A stretch of DNA of 64,000 bases from an uncultured Bacteroidota bacterium (GCA_902535165.1 CACASE010000005.1:9124-73123), one strand, 5' to 3'; positions 1-10,727 are shown, counted from the stretch's first letter. Made by a program: numbers and translations. The notes: generated from the letters alone by a model not told the origin.

Positions 1-15
1 TGTTTAATTTTCACC

Positions 16-774
16 TTACAGTTTTTTTTCTCTTAGCCAGCTATTCATGACTGAATTAAATTTTTCAGGATGTTCCATCATAGGAGCATGACCGCAATTT
101 TCTATCCAGTAAAGTTGAGAATTAGGAAGTAATTTTTTGAACTCATCAGCAACTTCAGGTGGAGTTACAGAATCATTTTCTCCCCAAATTATTGCAGTTT
201 CAGCTAAAATCTTAGGCAGGTCATTTGACATATTGTGTCTAATAGCACTTTTTGCCATTGCTAAAATTTTAATCAATTTTTTTCTGTCATTAACAGTTTC
301 ATAAACTTCATCAACTATTTTTTTTGTTGCTATTTTTGGGTCAAAAAAAACTGCTTCAGTTCTTTCTTTAATATAATTGTAATCCTCTCTTTTTGGATAT
401 GAATCTCCCATTGAATTTTCGTACAAACCAGAACTTCCAGTTAAGACTAGACCCTTGATCAGTTTAGGATATAATTTTGAAAAAATTAAACCAACATGAC
501 CTCCAAGAGAATTTCCCAAAATAATAACATCTTTTAAATTTTTAAACTTGATAAATTTATAGACAAACTTGGCAAAAAACTTTACGTTAGTATTTAATAG
601 ACTTGAATTATAGATAGGTAGTTCTGGAGCAATAACTTGATAGCCTTGATTTGGAAAATACTTAAAAACACCATCAAAATTGCTTAATCCGCCCATTAAG
701 CCATGTAAAATTAGTATAGGTTGTCCTGATCCCACAGAGAGATAATTATAACCACTTTCACTAATTGATTTCAT
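16..774 (-). CDS. alpha/beta-fold hydrolase
   Basis: ORF 16..822. HGLMGG region, nucleophile elbow GNSLGGH and C-terminal CGHAPMMEHPE histidine motif. Start trimmed to Met at 774 (MKSISESG...) because a TAnnTTTG-type box (812-805) lies inside the longer ORF. Confidence 0.85.
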   Translation of the reverse strand: MKSISESGYNYLSVGSGQPILILHGLMGGLSNFDGVFKYFPNQGYQVIAPELPIYNSSLLNTNVKFFAKFVYKFIKFKNLKDVIILGNSLGGHVGLIFSKLYPKLIKGLVLTGSSGLYENSMGDSYPKREDYNYIKERTEAVFFDPKIATKKIVDEVYETVNDRKKLIKILAMAKSAIRHNMSNDLPKILAETAIIWGENDSVTPPEVADEFKKLLPNSQLYWIENCGHAPMMEHPEKFNSVMNSWLREKKL

Positions 775-804
775 TATTTTTCTTAGTAAAAAAAACTTTT
801 CAAG

Positions 805-812
805 CAAATATA
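805..812 (-). promoter_or_regulatory. Bacteroidota-type -7 promoter box (TATATTTG on minus strand) for the hydrolase gene
   Basis: Plus strand reads CAAATATA, which is TATATTTG on the minus strand and matches the TAnnTTTG consensus. It lies 30 nt upstream of the Met at 774. Confidence 0.4.
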
Positions 813-936
813 TGCATTTCATTTTGATGAAAATGAATTAAATATATTGAATTCAAAATATTGATTTATCTTATAAATCACTGAAAAACAATTAGTTATA
901 ATATTATTGATTTCATTTGACAGAAATTATTAACAA

Positions 937-966
937 TGTGGTAAAATGTGGTAAAATGTGGTAAAA
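937..966 (+). promoter_or_regulatory. three tandem 10-bp direct repeats (TGTGGTAAAA x3), predicted MraZ operator
   Basis: Exact repeats at 937-946, 947-956 and 957-966, directly upstream of the mraZ -7 box. MraZ proteins are known to bind series of GTGG/TGGG-containing direct repeats with 10-bp periodicity in their own promoter. Confidence 0.7.
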
Positions 967-972
967 TTTCAA

Positions 973-980
973 TATATTTG
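973..980 (+). promoter_or_regulatory. Bacteroidota-type -7 promoter box (TATATTTG) of the dcw cluster
   Basis: TATATTTG matches TAnnTTTG and lies 19 nt upstream of the mraZ ATG. The repeat array occupies the position where a -33 element would sit. Confidence 0.55.
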
Positions 981-999
981 AGATTAACGCTAATCGAAT

Positions 1000-1464
1000 A
1001 TGATCAACCTTATTGGAACATATGAATGTACAGTTGATAATAAGGGTAGAATTATGATTCCATCTCAGCTAAAAAAACAACTTGATGGAGTTATTACAAA
1101 GACCTTTATTTTGAAGCGATCTGTCTTTCAGAACTGTCTTGAACTATTCCCTTACGAGGAGTGGAAATCATTAATGGACAAGGTTAATAAGTTGAATCGA
1201 TTTGTGAAAAAGAATAATGATTTTATTCGCATGTATACAGCTGGTGTTAGATCAATTGATATGGATTCTAATGGTAGAATATTAATTCCTAAAGATCTAA
1301 TAACTATATCTAAACTGAATAAGCAAGTTGTTTTATCATCATCAATAAATATTATTGAAATATGGGACAAAGACTTGTATGAAAAGAATATCAATAATCC
1401 AAAGATTGATTTTGCAAAATTAACTGAGGACGTAATGGGAAATGATGACTCAAATTTATCATAA
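1000..1464 (+). CDS. mraZ: transcriptional regulator MraZ
   Basis: Two half-domains, each with the DxxGR motif (VDNKGRIMIP, MDSNGRILIP). First gene of the dcw cluster. Confidence 0.95.
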   Translation: MINLIGTYECTVDNKGRIMIPSQLKKQLDGVITKTFILKRSVFQNCLELFPYEEWKSLMDKVNKLNRFVKKNNDFIRMYTAGVRSIDMDSNGRILIPKDLITISKLNKQVVLSSSINIIEIWDKDLYEKNINNPKIDFAKLTEDVMGNDDSNLS

Positions 1465-2344
1465 ACCAGTCCTATTACAAGAGTTGATTGATAGTTTAGA
1501 AATTAAAAAAAATGGTGTATATGTCGACTTAACTTTTGGAGGGGGTGGACATTCTAGAGAAATACTAAAAAGGTTAGGAGAGGTAGGAAAACTAATTGCT
1601 TTTGATAATGATGAAGATGCGGAGAGAAATATAGTTGATGATTCTAGGTTCACATTTTTGAGACAAAATTTTATATATCTGATGCAAAATTTAAATTTTT
1701 TGAAAATTGGCAAAGTCGATGGAATAATTGCTGATCTTGGTGTTTCATCACATCAATTTGATAATAAAAAAAGAGGTTTTTCATTTGATTCAGATTATAA
1801 TCTTGATATGAGAATGAATAAAAATCAAGATAAGGATGCAGTTGAAATATTGAATACTTATTCAAAAAAGCAACTAGCAGATATATTTTTTTATAATGGT
1901 GATTTAAAAAACTCAAGAGCTATTGCGGATTTAATTTGTGATGAAAGAGCTAAAGAACAAATTACTAACCCAAATCAATTCAATAATATTTTGAAGACAA
2001 TTCTACCAAAGGGTTATGAAAATAAAATTTTAGCAAGAATTTATCAATCTGTAAGAATAGAGGTTAATAGTGAAATTGATTGTTTAAAAAAATTATTAAA
2101 TCAAATTCCACAAGTACTCAAAAAAAATGGAATAGCCTCAATTATAACTTACCATTCCATTGAGGATAGATTAGTTAAAAGATTCTTTAAAAATGGTTGT
2201 TTTAATGAAGAACCGGTGAAAGATGATTTTGGAAATCAAATAAAAATATTTAGAACTGAAAAATTTAAAACCGCTAATGATTTTGAGTTAAAAAATAATT
2301 CAAGATCGAGAAGTGCAAAACTTAGAGTAGCAAAACTAATATGA
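1442..2344 (+). CDS. rsmH: 16S rRNA (cytosine1402-N4)-methyltransferase RsmH
   Basis: HKPVLLQE, TFGGGGHSREIL, DLGVSSHQFD and YHSIEDRLVK motifs. Position after mraZ. Confidence 0.96.
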   Translation: MMTQIYHKPVLLQELIDSLEIKKNGVYVDLTFGGGGHSREILKRLGEVGKLIAFDNDEDAERNIVDDSRFTFLRQNFIYLMQNLNFLKIGKVDGIIADLGVSSHQFDNKKRGFSFDSDYNLDMRMNKNQDKDAVEILNTYSKKQLADIFFYNGDLKNSRAIADLICDERAKEQITNPNQFNNILKTILPKGYENKILARIYQSVRIEVNSEIDCLKKLLNQIPQVLKKNGIASIITYHSIEDRLVKRFFKNGCFNEEPVKDDFGNQIKIFRTEKFKTANDFELKNNSRSRSAKLRVAKLI

Positions 2345-2658
2345 GAAAAAAAATAATTGATATAGTTGCTGGAAAGTTTATTCTTGAAAAAACTAATGCC
2401 AAAACTGTACGATTCATTTTATTTATTTTTTGTCTTGCACTAATCATGATATACTCATCACACAGTGTTGATAGGAAAATATTTGAAATCAATAAATTAA
2501 ATAATGATTTAAATATTGTTGAAAGTATTTACCTAAACACGAGGAAAGATTTGATGAATTCAAGGATGGAATCAACAATAAGAGTTCAGCTTTCAGACAA
2601 AGAAATTAGACCTTCATTAAACCCTCCAACTAAAATTTTGATAAGTAATGGAAAATAA
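2341..2658 (+). CDS. ftsL: FtsL-like cell division protein (small bitopic membrane protein)
   Basis: 105 aa with a single N-terminal TM segment (VRFILFIFCLALIMIYSS). Conserved slot between rsmH and ftsI, with 4-nt overlap to rsmH. Confidence 0.7.
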   Translation: MRKKIIDIVAGKFILEKTNAKTVRFILFIFCLALIMIYSSHSVDRKIFEINKLNNDLNIVESIYLNTRKDLMNSRMESTIRVQLSDKEIRPSLNPPTKILISNGK

Positions 2659-4486
2659 AAATAATAGTTTTTTATGGAGGTTGTATTTGATTTCATCAAT
2701 ACTATTGATTTTTGGTATTGGCATTGGATATAAATTATTTTATTTACAGTTTGTCGATGGTGAAAAATACAGAAAAATAGCTGAGGATAAAACTCTCAAA
2801 AGCTTCACTGTTAACTCAGTTAGAGGAAATATTTTCTCTGAAGATGGTAGTTTATTAGCAACTTCCACAACTAAGTATGATATTTACTTTGATTCCAAAA
2901 CAGTATCAAAAAATACATTTGATTCTGAGATTAAAAATCTTTCAATAAGCTTATCAAATCATTTGGATCGGGAAGAAAAATTTTGGTATGATTATTTAAT
3001 TGATGCCAGAGAAAATGGTAATAGATTTTTACCATTAGCAAAAAATATTTCTCAGGATTTAGTTCAAAAACTTAAAACTTTTCCAATTCTAAGATATGGT
3101 TCAATCAGAGGAGGATTAATCATTGAAAGGAAAATTAAGAGAGATTATCCATTAGGAAAAATTGCTGAGAGAACTATTGGCTATGAGCGAATTGATGAAA
3201 AGGGAAATTATAGAGGAGTAGGATTAGAGCATGCATTTGGTTCATATTTAAGAGGTAAAAATGGTCAAATGATTAAAAGAAAAATATCAAATGGTCAATG
3301 GAAAGTCTTGGAAAATAATGTAAACAAAGAACCGATTGATGGATTAGATGTAAGAACAACTTTAAATACAAGCATGCAAGATATTGTTCATGACTATTTA
3401 CTTGAACAAACTCAAAAATATGAGGCAGATCACTCAACTGCTGTATTAATGGAAGTGAAAACTGGAAAAATAAGGGCAATATCAAACTTTGGCAGAACTG
3501 ATGATGGAAAGTATTATGAAAAACTAAATTATTCTATTGGTGAAGCTACAGAGCCGGGATCAACTTTTAAGCTGATGACTATGATAGCTGCACTTGAAGA
3601 TCAGGTTATAGATACTTTACAATTGATAGATACTGAAAATGGTGAGTTAGATTTTTATGGTTTCAAAGTTAGAGATTCTAGGAAGGGTGGATATGGGGAA
3701 ATAAATGCAATGGATATTTTCAGATTGTCTTCAAATACAGGTATGGTGAAGATAATTACAGATGCCTATGAGGGAAAATCTGAAAAATTTGTTAATAGAT
3801 TATATAATATGGGCGTCAATAACCCAATTGATTTAGGAATAAAAGGTGAACCAAATCCTAAAATTCCTCATCCTTCGGAAAATGACTGGAATGGATTGTC
3901 GTTACCATGGATGTCGTACGGATACGGAATTTTGTTAACACCATTACAAATTTTATCATTTTACAATGGTGTTGCAAATAATGGAGAAATGGTAAAACCA
4001 ACATTTCTAGAAAGCACAAGTAAATTAGGGTCAACAAATTTTTATGAATTCAAAAAAGAAATAATAAACCCTTCAATATGTTCTAAAAAGACATTGTCAA
4101 TTGTTCAGAAAATGTTGCTGGATGTTATTCACCATAAAAACGGAACAGCTAAAAATATTAAATCCGAACATATTAAAATTGCAGGAAAAACTGGGACAGC
4201 TCAAATTGGTTATGGAACAGATGAAATTAATTACATATCAAGTTTTGTAGGATATTTTCCTGCCGATAAACCTAAGTATTCGTGCATAGTAGTTGTTAAT
4301 AGTCCAAATAAAGATATAGGATATTATGGCTCTGATGTAGCAGCTCCTGTATTTAAAAGAATTGCTGAGAAAATTTCATCAAGATTCCCAATTATTGAGA
4401 AACATAATTACGAACAAATAATTGAGAAGATTAAAATTTCCAAAAAACAGAACAAGTCTAATCCTAAAAATAAATTAGATTCATGA
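2648..4486 (+). CDS. ftsI: class B penicillin-binding protein / peptidoglycan D,D-transpeptidase FtsI
   Basis: N-terminal TM segment. Transpeptidase motifs STFK (PGSTFKLM), SSN (RLSSNTG) and KTGT (AGKTGTAQ). Confidence 0.95.
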   Translation: MENKNNSFLWRLYLISSILLIFGIGIGYKLFYLQFVDGEKYRKIAEDKTLKSFTVNSVRGNIFSEDGSLLATSTTKYDIYFDSKTVSKNTFDSEIKNLSISLSNHLDREEKFWYDYLIDARENGNRFLPLAKNISQDLVQKLKTFPILRYGSIRGGLIIERKIKRDYPLGKIAERTIGYERIDEKGNYRGVGLEHAFGSYLRGKNGQMIKRKISNGQWKVLENNVNKEPIDGLDVRTTLNTSMQDIVHDYLLEQTQKYEADHSTAVLMEVKTGKIRAISNFGRTDDGKYYEKLNYSIGEATEPGSTFKLMTMIAALEDQVIDTLQLIDTENGELDFYGFKVRDSRKGGYGEINAMDIFRLSSNTGMVKIITDAYEGKSEKFVNRLYNMGVNNPIDLGIKGEPNPKIPHPSENDWNGLSLPWMSYGYGILLTPLQILSFYNGVANNGEMVKPTFLESTSKLGSTNFYEFKKEIINPSICSKKTLSIVQKMLLDVIHHKNGTAKNIKSEHIKIAGKTGTAQIGYGTDEINYISSFVGYFPADKPKYSCIVVVNSPNKDIGYYGSDVAAPVFKRIAEKISSRFPIIEKHNYEQIIEKIKISKKQNKSNPKNKLDS

Positions 4487-5940
4487 TACAGCTTACCGAA
4501 TTAATTAAAAATATTGATGATTTGGAAATCTTTGGATCAAATCAAATAGCTGTAAATAATGTATCAAATAACTCAAAAAAAATTAAATCTGGTGACATAT
4601 ATATAGCAATTAAAGGCTCAAATTTTGATGGTCATGATTTTATTGATGATGCAATTAAAGAAGGAGCTGTTTGTATCGTTTGTGAAGTTTATCCACTTAT
4701 CAGATTAGAAGACATAACATATATAATTACTAAATCCTCAAAAGAAACATATTCTAGAATTTGTTCAAATTATTTTGATAACCCTAGTCACAAGTTAAAA
4801 CTAATTGGTATTACAGGTACAAATGGCAAAACATCTTGTACAAGTCTTATGCACCAAATGTTCAATTTAAATGGATTAAAGTGTGGCCTGATCTCTACTA
4901 ATAAAATAATTATTGGTTCAAAAGAATATGATACAAATTTAACAACTCCTGACTCATATGATTTGAATTATTATTTAAATGAAATGATTAAAATAGATAT
5001 TAAATACTGTTTTATGGAAGTATCATCACATTCTATAGATCAGAGAAGAATTTCAGGTTTAAAGTATGAATTAGCAATATTTACAAATATCACTCATGAT
5101 CATTTGAATTATCATAAAAACTTTAAAAATTATTTAAATGTTAAAAAGAAATTTTTTGATGATTTGGATAATAATGCTCATTCGCTGATTAACTCAGATG
5201 ATAAAAATTCAAAATATATTATTCAAAATACTAAATCAAAAGTTCATACTTATTCAATTTCTAAAAATGCAGACTTTAAATTGAAAGTTGTAGAGAACAG
5301 CTTTGACGGGCTTGTTTTGAAAATTGAAGGTATTGAAGTAAATACCAAGCTCATAGGGAAGTTTAATGCATATAATTTATTAACTGTTTTTTCAGTATCT
5401 AAAATTTTGAAAATTAATACTGAAAAAATTTTAATTAGTATGAGTTTATTAAAAAACCCTGAAGGAAGATTTGATGTAATAATTAAAAATAAAATCATTG
5501 GAATTGTAGATTATGCTCATACACCAGATGCATTATTAAATGTATTGGAAACAATAGTTAAAATAAAGCAAAATGAAAATTCAATAATTACAGTAGTTGG
5601 ATGTGGTGGAGGTAGAGACAGGGCCAAGAGATTAAAAATGGGAAGTATAGCTTCAAGGCTAAGTCAAAAAGTAATTTTTACATCAGACAATCCGAGAGAT
5701 GAAGATCCCAAATCAATTATAGACGATATGATCGCAGGAGTTGATGATGCGGATAAAAATAAGATTTTAAATATTGTAGATAGAAAAGAGGCAATAGTTA
5801 AAGCCTCCAAAGTTGCTAAACCAAACGATATTCTTCTTGTTGCTGGAAAGGGACATGAAAAATATCAGATAATTAAATCAAAAAAAATAAGATTTAACGA
5901 TAAAGAAATTTTAACCCAAACCCTAAAGATGGCAGTATAA
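4483..5940 (+). CDS. murE: UDP-N-acetylmuramoyl-L-alanyl-D-glutamate--2,6-diaminopimelate ligase MurE
   Basis: Mur ligase P-loop [14 protein letters not shown] motif ([10 protein letters not shown]) typical of meso-DAP-adding MurE. dcw position. Confidence 0.95.
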   Translation: MIQLTELIKNIDDLEIFGSNQIAVNNVSNNSKKIKSGDIYIAIKGSNFDGHDFIDDAIKEGAVCIVCEVYPLIRLEDITYIITKSSKETYSRICSNYFDNPSHKLKLIGITGTNGKTSCTSLMHQMFNLNGLKCGLISTNKIIIGSKEYDTNLTTPDSYDLNYYLNEMIKIDIKYCFMEVSSHSIDQRRISGLKYELAIFTNITHDHLNYHKNFKNYLNVKKKFFDDLDNNAHSLINSDDKNSKYIIQNTKSKVHTYSISKNADFKLKVVENSFDGLVLKIEGIEVNTKLIGKFNAYNLLTVFSVSKILKINTEKILISMSLLKNPEGRFDVIIKNKIIGIVDYAHTPDALLNVLETIVKIKQNENSIITVVGCGGGRDRAKRLKMGSIASRLSQKVIFTSDNPRDEDPKSIIDDMIAGVDDADKNKILNIVDRKEAIVKASKVAKPNDILLVAGKGHEKYQIIKSKKIRFNDKEILTQTLKMAV

Positions 5941-7139
5941 TGTTTTATTATTTATTTGAATACTTTGAAAAAACTTATCAATTAACTGGAGCTAGTCTGT
6001 TTCAGTACTTATCTTTTAGATCTGCATTAACATTTATTTTAGCACTGGTAATTTCTACGATTTTTGGAAAAAAAATAATAGAATTTTTAAAATCAAAACA
6101 AATAGATGAAAATATTAGAGAGTTAAATTTACCTGGAGAGAATGATAAAAAAGGCACTCCAACAATGGGTGGAATAATAATTGTTTTATCAACTTTAATT
6201 CCAATCTTTTTATTTTCTGATTTTAAAAATATTTACATTTTAGTTTTAATAATAACAACTATTTGGCTAACCATATTTGGATTTATTGATGATTATATAA
6301 AGGTTTTTAAAAAAAATAAAAAGGGATTAAGAGGTTCAATAAAAATTTTAGCTCAAGTTATTTTAGGATTATTTATTGGTCTAATGGTTTATTTTCATCC
6401 TGAAATAACTACACGTAATGTTGATAGTAATTCCAACTCAGAAATTATTTTAGGTGAGAAAAATATTAAATCATTAAATACTACTGTTCCATTTTTTAAA
6501 AATAACGAGCTTGATTATGTAAATATTTTTAAAATGAAATCTGATAATTTTAATTGGATATTTTATGTCATCATTGTAACATTTATAATTGTAGCACTTT
6601 CAAATGGAACAAATTTAACAGATGGACTTGATGGATTAGCTGCAGGATCATCCTCCATAATCGTATTTACATTAGGTATTTTTTCATGGATTTCTGGTAA
6701 CATAATCTTTTCAGATTATTTAAATATTATGTATTTACCTGGAATTGGAGAAATTGTTGTATTTGTTTCTGCCTTACTTGGTGGATTAATAGGTTTTCTT
6801 TGGTATAACACATATCCCGCACAGGTTTTTATGGGAGATACTGGTAGCTTAACTATTGGTGGAATAATTGCAGTAATTGCAATTCTCGTTAGAAAAGAAC
6901 TTTTACTTCCCATACTTTGTGGTGTATTTTTAATCGAAACTCTTTCTGTTATTATACAGGTTGGATACTTCAAATACACAAAGAAAAAATTTGGTGTTGG
7001 TAAAAGAGTTTTTTTAATGACTCCAATTCATCATCATTTTCAAAAAAAAGGATACAGTGAAAGTAAAATTGTTGCAAGATTCTGGATTATATCTATAATG
7101 CTTGCAATTCTTTCGCTAATAACATTAAAAATTAGATGA
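5940..7139 (+). CDS. mraY: phospho-N-acetylmuramoyl-pentapeptide-transferase MraY
   Basis: Polytopic membrane protein with [27 protein letters not shown] and PIHHHF motifs. Confidence 0.97.
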   Translation: MFYYLFEYFEKTYQLTGASLFQYLSFRSALTFILALVISTIFGKKIIEFLKSKQIDENIRELNLPGENDKKGTPTMGGIIIVLSTLIPIFLFSDFKNIYILVLIITTIWLTIFGFIDDYIKVFKKNKKGLRGSIKILAQVILGLFIGLMVYFHPEITTRNVDSNSNSEIILGEKNIKSLNTTVPFFKNNELDYVNIFKMKSDNFNWIFYVIIVTFIIVALSNGTNLTDGLDGLAAGSSSIIVFTLGIFSWISGNIIFSDYLNIMYLPGIGEIVVFVSALLGGLIGFLWYNTYPAQVFMGDTGSLTIGGIIAVIAILVRKELLLPILCGVFLIETLSVIIQVGYFKYTKKKFGVGKRVFLMTPIHHHFQKKGYSESKIVARFWIISIMLAILSLITLKIR

Positions 7140-8485
7140 TTACGAAGAAAGAAATAATGGTTTTAGGATCTGGTATTAGTGGTATGGGTTCTGTGATGCT
7201 AGCTAAGAAAATGGATATTGATGTTTTCTTGTCTGAGGGCAACATAATAGATGAGGATACTAAGAAAATATTACGAAATGAACACATTGATTTTGAAGAA
7301 AATGGACATGATCCAAAAAAGTTAATTGAGTCAGATGAAATAATTATTAGTCCAGGGATTTCTTTTAATAAATTAAAAAAATCTTTTCCTGAAATTGATA
7401 GTAAAAAATTTATTTCTGAAATTGAGTTTGCAAGTAGATTTACGGATGCATTTATCATAGCTGTAACAGGCTCCAATGGAAAAACAACAACAGCTACCTT
7501 AATATACCATATCTTAAAAAACGCAGGTCTAAATGTAGGTCTAGCAGGTAATATAGGTGTAAGTTTTGCTTCATCGGTTTGTGATTATTCATATGATTAT
7601 TATGTTTTAGAAGTTAGTAGTTTTCAGCTCGATCACTCAATAACTTTTAAACCAAATATTTCAGTAATAACTAATATTTCACCTGATCATTTAGACAGAT
7701 ATGATGAAGATTTTGATTTATATACACAATCGAAATATAGTATAGTCAAAAATCAAAAACCAAATGATTTTTTCGTTTACAATAACGATTGTAACGTGAC
7801 GAAAAAAATATTTTCTAGAGTTCAAATAAAATCAAAATCAATTTCATTTTCAACAAAACAAAATAGTGGACTTAAACACTCCACATACACAAATAATAAT
7901 AATATCATTTCATTAATAAATAAAGAAAAATTTATGTTAAGTACAGATAAAATTCAGATTAAAGGAATTCATAATATTCAAAATTCAATGGCTGCAATTA
8001 GTGTTGCTCAAATTTTGAAAATTTCTAATCAAAAAATAAAAGAAAGTTTAAAAACTTTTAAAAGTATTCCTCACCGTCTTGAACATTTTTTAACAATCCA
8101 TAAGGTAAAGTATATCAATGACTCAAAGGCAACTAATGTAAATTCAGTTTACTATGCTCTTAATTCATTTGATGAACCAATTATTTGGGTTGTTGGTGGT
8201 ATTGATAAGGGAAATGATTATGATGATTTAATTCCTTTGGTAAAAAGGAAGGTTAAAGCAATAATATGTTTAGGAAAAAAGAACAAAAATTTAATAGATG
8301 TCTTTTCAAAGTGTACTGAACTTATAATCAGTACTGATAATATGAGCGACGCTGTTAATAGTGCATACAAGGTTTCAAAACCTGGTGATGCTGTATTGCT
8401 ATCTCCTGCCTGCTCCAGTTTTGATTTGTTTGACAACTATGAAGACAGGGGAAATAAGTTCAAAGAGGAAGTAAGAAAATTATGA
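7136..8485 (+). CDS. murD: UDP-N-acetylmuramoyl-L-alanine--D-glutamate ligase MurD
   Basis: Mur ligase P-loop [21 protein letters not shown] and C-terminal SPACSSFD. dcw position. Confidence 0.95.
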   Translation: MITKKEIMVLGSGISGMGSVMLAKKMDIDVFLSEGNIIDEDTKKILRNEHIDFEENGHDPKKLIESDEIIISPGISFNKLKKSFPEIDSKKFISEIEFASRFTDAFIIAVTGSNGKTTTATLIYHILKNAGLNVGLAGNIGVSFASSVCDYSYDYYVLEVSSFQLDHSITFKPNISVITNISPDHLDRYDEDFDLYTQSKYSIVKNQKPNDFFVYNNDCNVTKKIFSRVQIKSKSISFSTKQNSGLKHSTYTNNNNIISLINKEKFMLSTDKIQIKGIHNIQNSMAAISVAQILKISNQKIKESLKTFKSIPHRLEHFLTIHKVKYINDSKATNVNSVYYALNSFDEPIIWVVGGIDKGNDYDDLIPLVKRKVKAIICLGKKNKNLIDVFSKCTELIISTDNMSDAVNSAYKVSKPGDAVLLSPACSSFDLFDNYEDRGNKFKEEVRKL

Positions 8486-9642
8486 GTATAATTAATAGTT
8501 TAAAAGGCGATAAAGTTATATGGATAGTGGTGTTATCATTATCTATTTTTTCATTCTTGCCAGTTTATAGCGCTAGCTCAAACTTTGGTGTTAATTTAAT
8601 TTTTTCAAGTGTATTTAAACATGTTGCTATAATTTTCATCGGAATATTGATTATGTATGCTACCCATCTTTTAGACTATAAATATTTAAGAGGCTTGTCA
8701 TTAATAATCCTCCCCCTTGCAATTTTTTTACTCTTAATTACTGCCATACAAGGCAGTGAAATTGATGGAGCAAATGCAAGTAGATGGATAAGTATTCCAA
8801 TTATAAATATTTCATTCCAACCATCATCACTCGCATCAATTTTTCTTTTGATTTATATTTCAAATTATCTGTCAAAAGTTCATGAAAAAAAAATAAATTT
8901 TAATAATTCTGTTTTTAGACTATGGTTACCAATTCTTTTAGTTGTGATGTTAGTTTTGCCATCAAATTTTTCAACATCGTTTATGATTTTTAGTCTATCA
9001 TTAATCTTAATTTTTATTGGTCAATATCCCATTAAGAAAATTATATTAATAATATTTTCAGGAATTATTCTTAGCGGATCTTTTGTAGGATTATCCAAAA
9101 CCTATCCAGATTTAGTCCCAAACAGAATTGATACCTGGTCCAACAGAATTGAAAATTTTATAAATCCAAGCTTGGATAATGATTCAAATTATCAAATCAA
9201 TAGAGCTAAGGCTGCGATTGCAAGCGGATCAATTTTCGGCGTTGGAGCTGGAAAGAGTTCAATGAAGTATATTTTACCACAAAGCACATCTGATTTTATC
9301 TTTTCTATAGTAACTGAGGAATATGGTTTATTTGTTGCTTTAATAATATTGTTACTTTATGTAATATTATTATTCAGGATTGTAATCGTATCACAAAAAT
9401 CAAACAATTATTTTGGCAAGTTGCTAGCCCTTGCAGTCGGATTGCCAATTGTATTTCAAGCATTAATTAATATGGGTGTAGCCGTTCAATTATTTCCAGT
9501 TACTGGTCAACCATTGCCTCTCATAAGTACTGGAGGAACATCAATATGGACAACTTTTTTTGCATTTGGAGTTTTGTTGAGTGTTAGTAGAAATAATGCA
9601 AATATTATGGAATTAGATTTAAGCGAAAATGTTAATGAATAA
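8482..9642 (+). CDS. ftsW: FtsW/RodA/SpoVE (SEDS) family peptidoglycan glycosyltransferase, FtsW
   Basis: About 10 TM segments and the SEDS C-terminal motif PVTGQPLPLISTGGTS. dcw position. Confidence 0.93.
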   Translation: MSIINSLKGDKVIWIVVLSLSIFSFLPVYSASSNFGVNLIFSSVFKHVAIIFIGILIMYATHLLDYKYLRGLSLIILPLAIFLLLITAIQGSEIDGANASRWISIPIINISFQPSSLASIFLLIYISNYLSKVHEKKINFNNSVFRLWLPILLVVMLVLPSNFSTSFMIFSLSLILIFIGQYPIKKIILIIFSGIILSGSFVGLSKTYPDLVPNRIDTWSNRIENFINPSLDNDSNYQINRAKAAIASGSIFGVGAGKSSMKYILPQSTSDFIFSIVTEEYGLFVALIILLLYVILLFRIVIVSQKSNNYFGKLLALAVGLPIVFQALINMGVAVQLFPVTGQPLPLISTGGTSIWTTFFAFGVLLSVSRNNANIMELDLSENVNE

Positions 9643-10727
9643 AAATTTAATTATTTCAGGTGGAGGAACAGGAGGGCATATTTATCCTGCAATTAGCATT
9701 GCAAATCAATTAAAGAAAAAGGTTGAGGATTGCAATATTCTGTTTGTTGGTGCAAAAAATAAAATGGAGATGAAAAAAGTACCGGAAAATGGATATAAAA
9801 TAATTGGCCTTTACATCTCAGGATATCAAAGAAAACTCAATTTTATTTCAAATTTAACATTGCCTTTTAAATTAATTTATAGTTTAATTCATTCACTAAT
9901 AATTATATTAAAATATAAACCTAAAATAGTTGTTGGAACTGGAGGATATGCTAGTGGACCAGTAATGTACATTGCAGCTTTACTAAGAATACCTGTTTTT
10001 ATCCAGGAACAAAATTCTTATCCTGGATTGACTAACCGAATTCTTTCAAAATATGCAAAAAAAATATTTGTTGCCTATGATGGAATGGAAAAGTACTTTA
10101 AAAATTCAGAGGTAATTTTTTCAGGAAATCCAATTAGAAAATCAATTAAAAATTTTAATGGTAAGAACAAAAAAGAATTTTTAAATCAAATTAAACTAGA
10201 CATTGGTTGTAAAACTATTCTTGTACTTGGAGGTAGTCTTGGTGCAAAAATACTTAATGATTTTATTATTGAAAATCTTGATTTTTTTTAAAAAAAATAA
10301 TCTACAAATAATTCTGCAATGTGGAACTAGATATTATGATGACTACAAAAATTTTGAGAATAAGTTTTTAAAAATTTTACCATTTATTAATGATATGGAT
10401 AAAGCATTTTCATCTGCAGATTTAATTATTTCAAGATCGGGTGCAAGTATAATATCAGAGTTATGTTTTGTTGGAAAACCAGTCATTTTTATTCCCTCAC
10501 CAAACGTAGCAGAAAATCATCAATCTAAAAATGCAAGAAAACTTTATGATGTCGGTGCAGCTGAGTATGTTGAAGAGGATGAAATAGAATACAAACTCAA
10601 ATCAATTATTAACAAGATTTTTATTAGTGATGTTTATAAAAAATCTCTTTCTGAAAAGATCGCATCTTTATCAAAACCAAATGCATCAAAAATTATTGTG
10701 GATGAAATTAAACAGTATATAAAATGA
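9629..10727 (+). CDS. murG: undecaprenyldiphospho-muramoylpentapeptide beta-N-acetylglucosaminyltransferase MurG, reading frame interrupted by a +1 frameshift at T8A8 (10282-10297)
   Basis: ORF 9629..10291 has GGGTGGHIYPA, GGYASGP and LVLGGSLGAK. ORF 10203..10727, in the +1 frame, continues with QCGTRYY...SRSGASIISE...SKNA. Removing one T from the T8 run joins them as ...ENLDFFKKNNLQIILQCG... (about 365 aa). Confidence 0.88.

Noticed and set aside
775-822. The longer start (822) for the alpha/beta hydrolase.
   Set aside because: A consensus -7 box (812-805) lies inside this extension. The extension (MKCIYLLEKFFLLRKI) is not part of the hydrolase fold. The Met at 774 is preferred, though unproven.
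847-880. Palindromes in the mraZ upstream region: TTGAATTCAA (847-856) and TGATTTAT-CTT-ATAAATCA (862-880).
   Set aside because: They are almost pure A/T, and short A/T palindromes are expected by chance in a genome of this composition. They have no clear positional relationship to a promoter box or gene end. The 862-880 hairpin could be a weak terminator or insulator, but the evidence is insufficient.
1152-1394. Antisense or alternative-frame ORFs listed in the six-frame track inside well-supported genes. Examples: 1152-1394, 1459-1713, 7132-7476 (114 aa), 13264-13590 (108 aa), 14309-14518, 25367-25636, 30165-30428, 47267-47491, 62962-63171.
   Set aside because: Each lies wholly within a gene whose translation carries strong family motifs. 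Their own translations are low-complexity with no recognisable motifs. They have no upstream promoter box or independent spacing. They are treated as shadow ORFs.
10203-10290. The ATG at 10203 as an independent start of a separate 174-aa C-terminal MurG fragment gene.
   Set aside because: The first ~28 codons (MVVKLFLYLEVVLVQKYLMILLLKILIFF) are an out-of-frame reading of sequence that encodes genuine MurG residues (…ILVLGGSLGAKILNDFIIENLDFF) in the upstream frame. MurG similarity in this frame only begins after the T8A8 tract.
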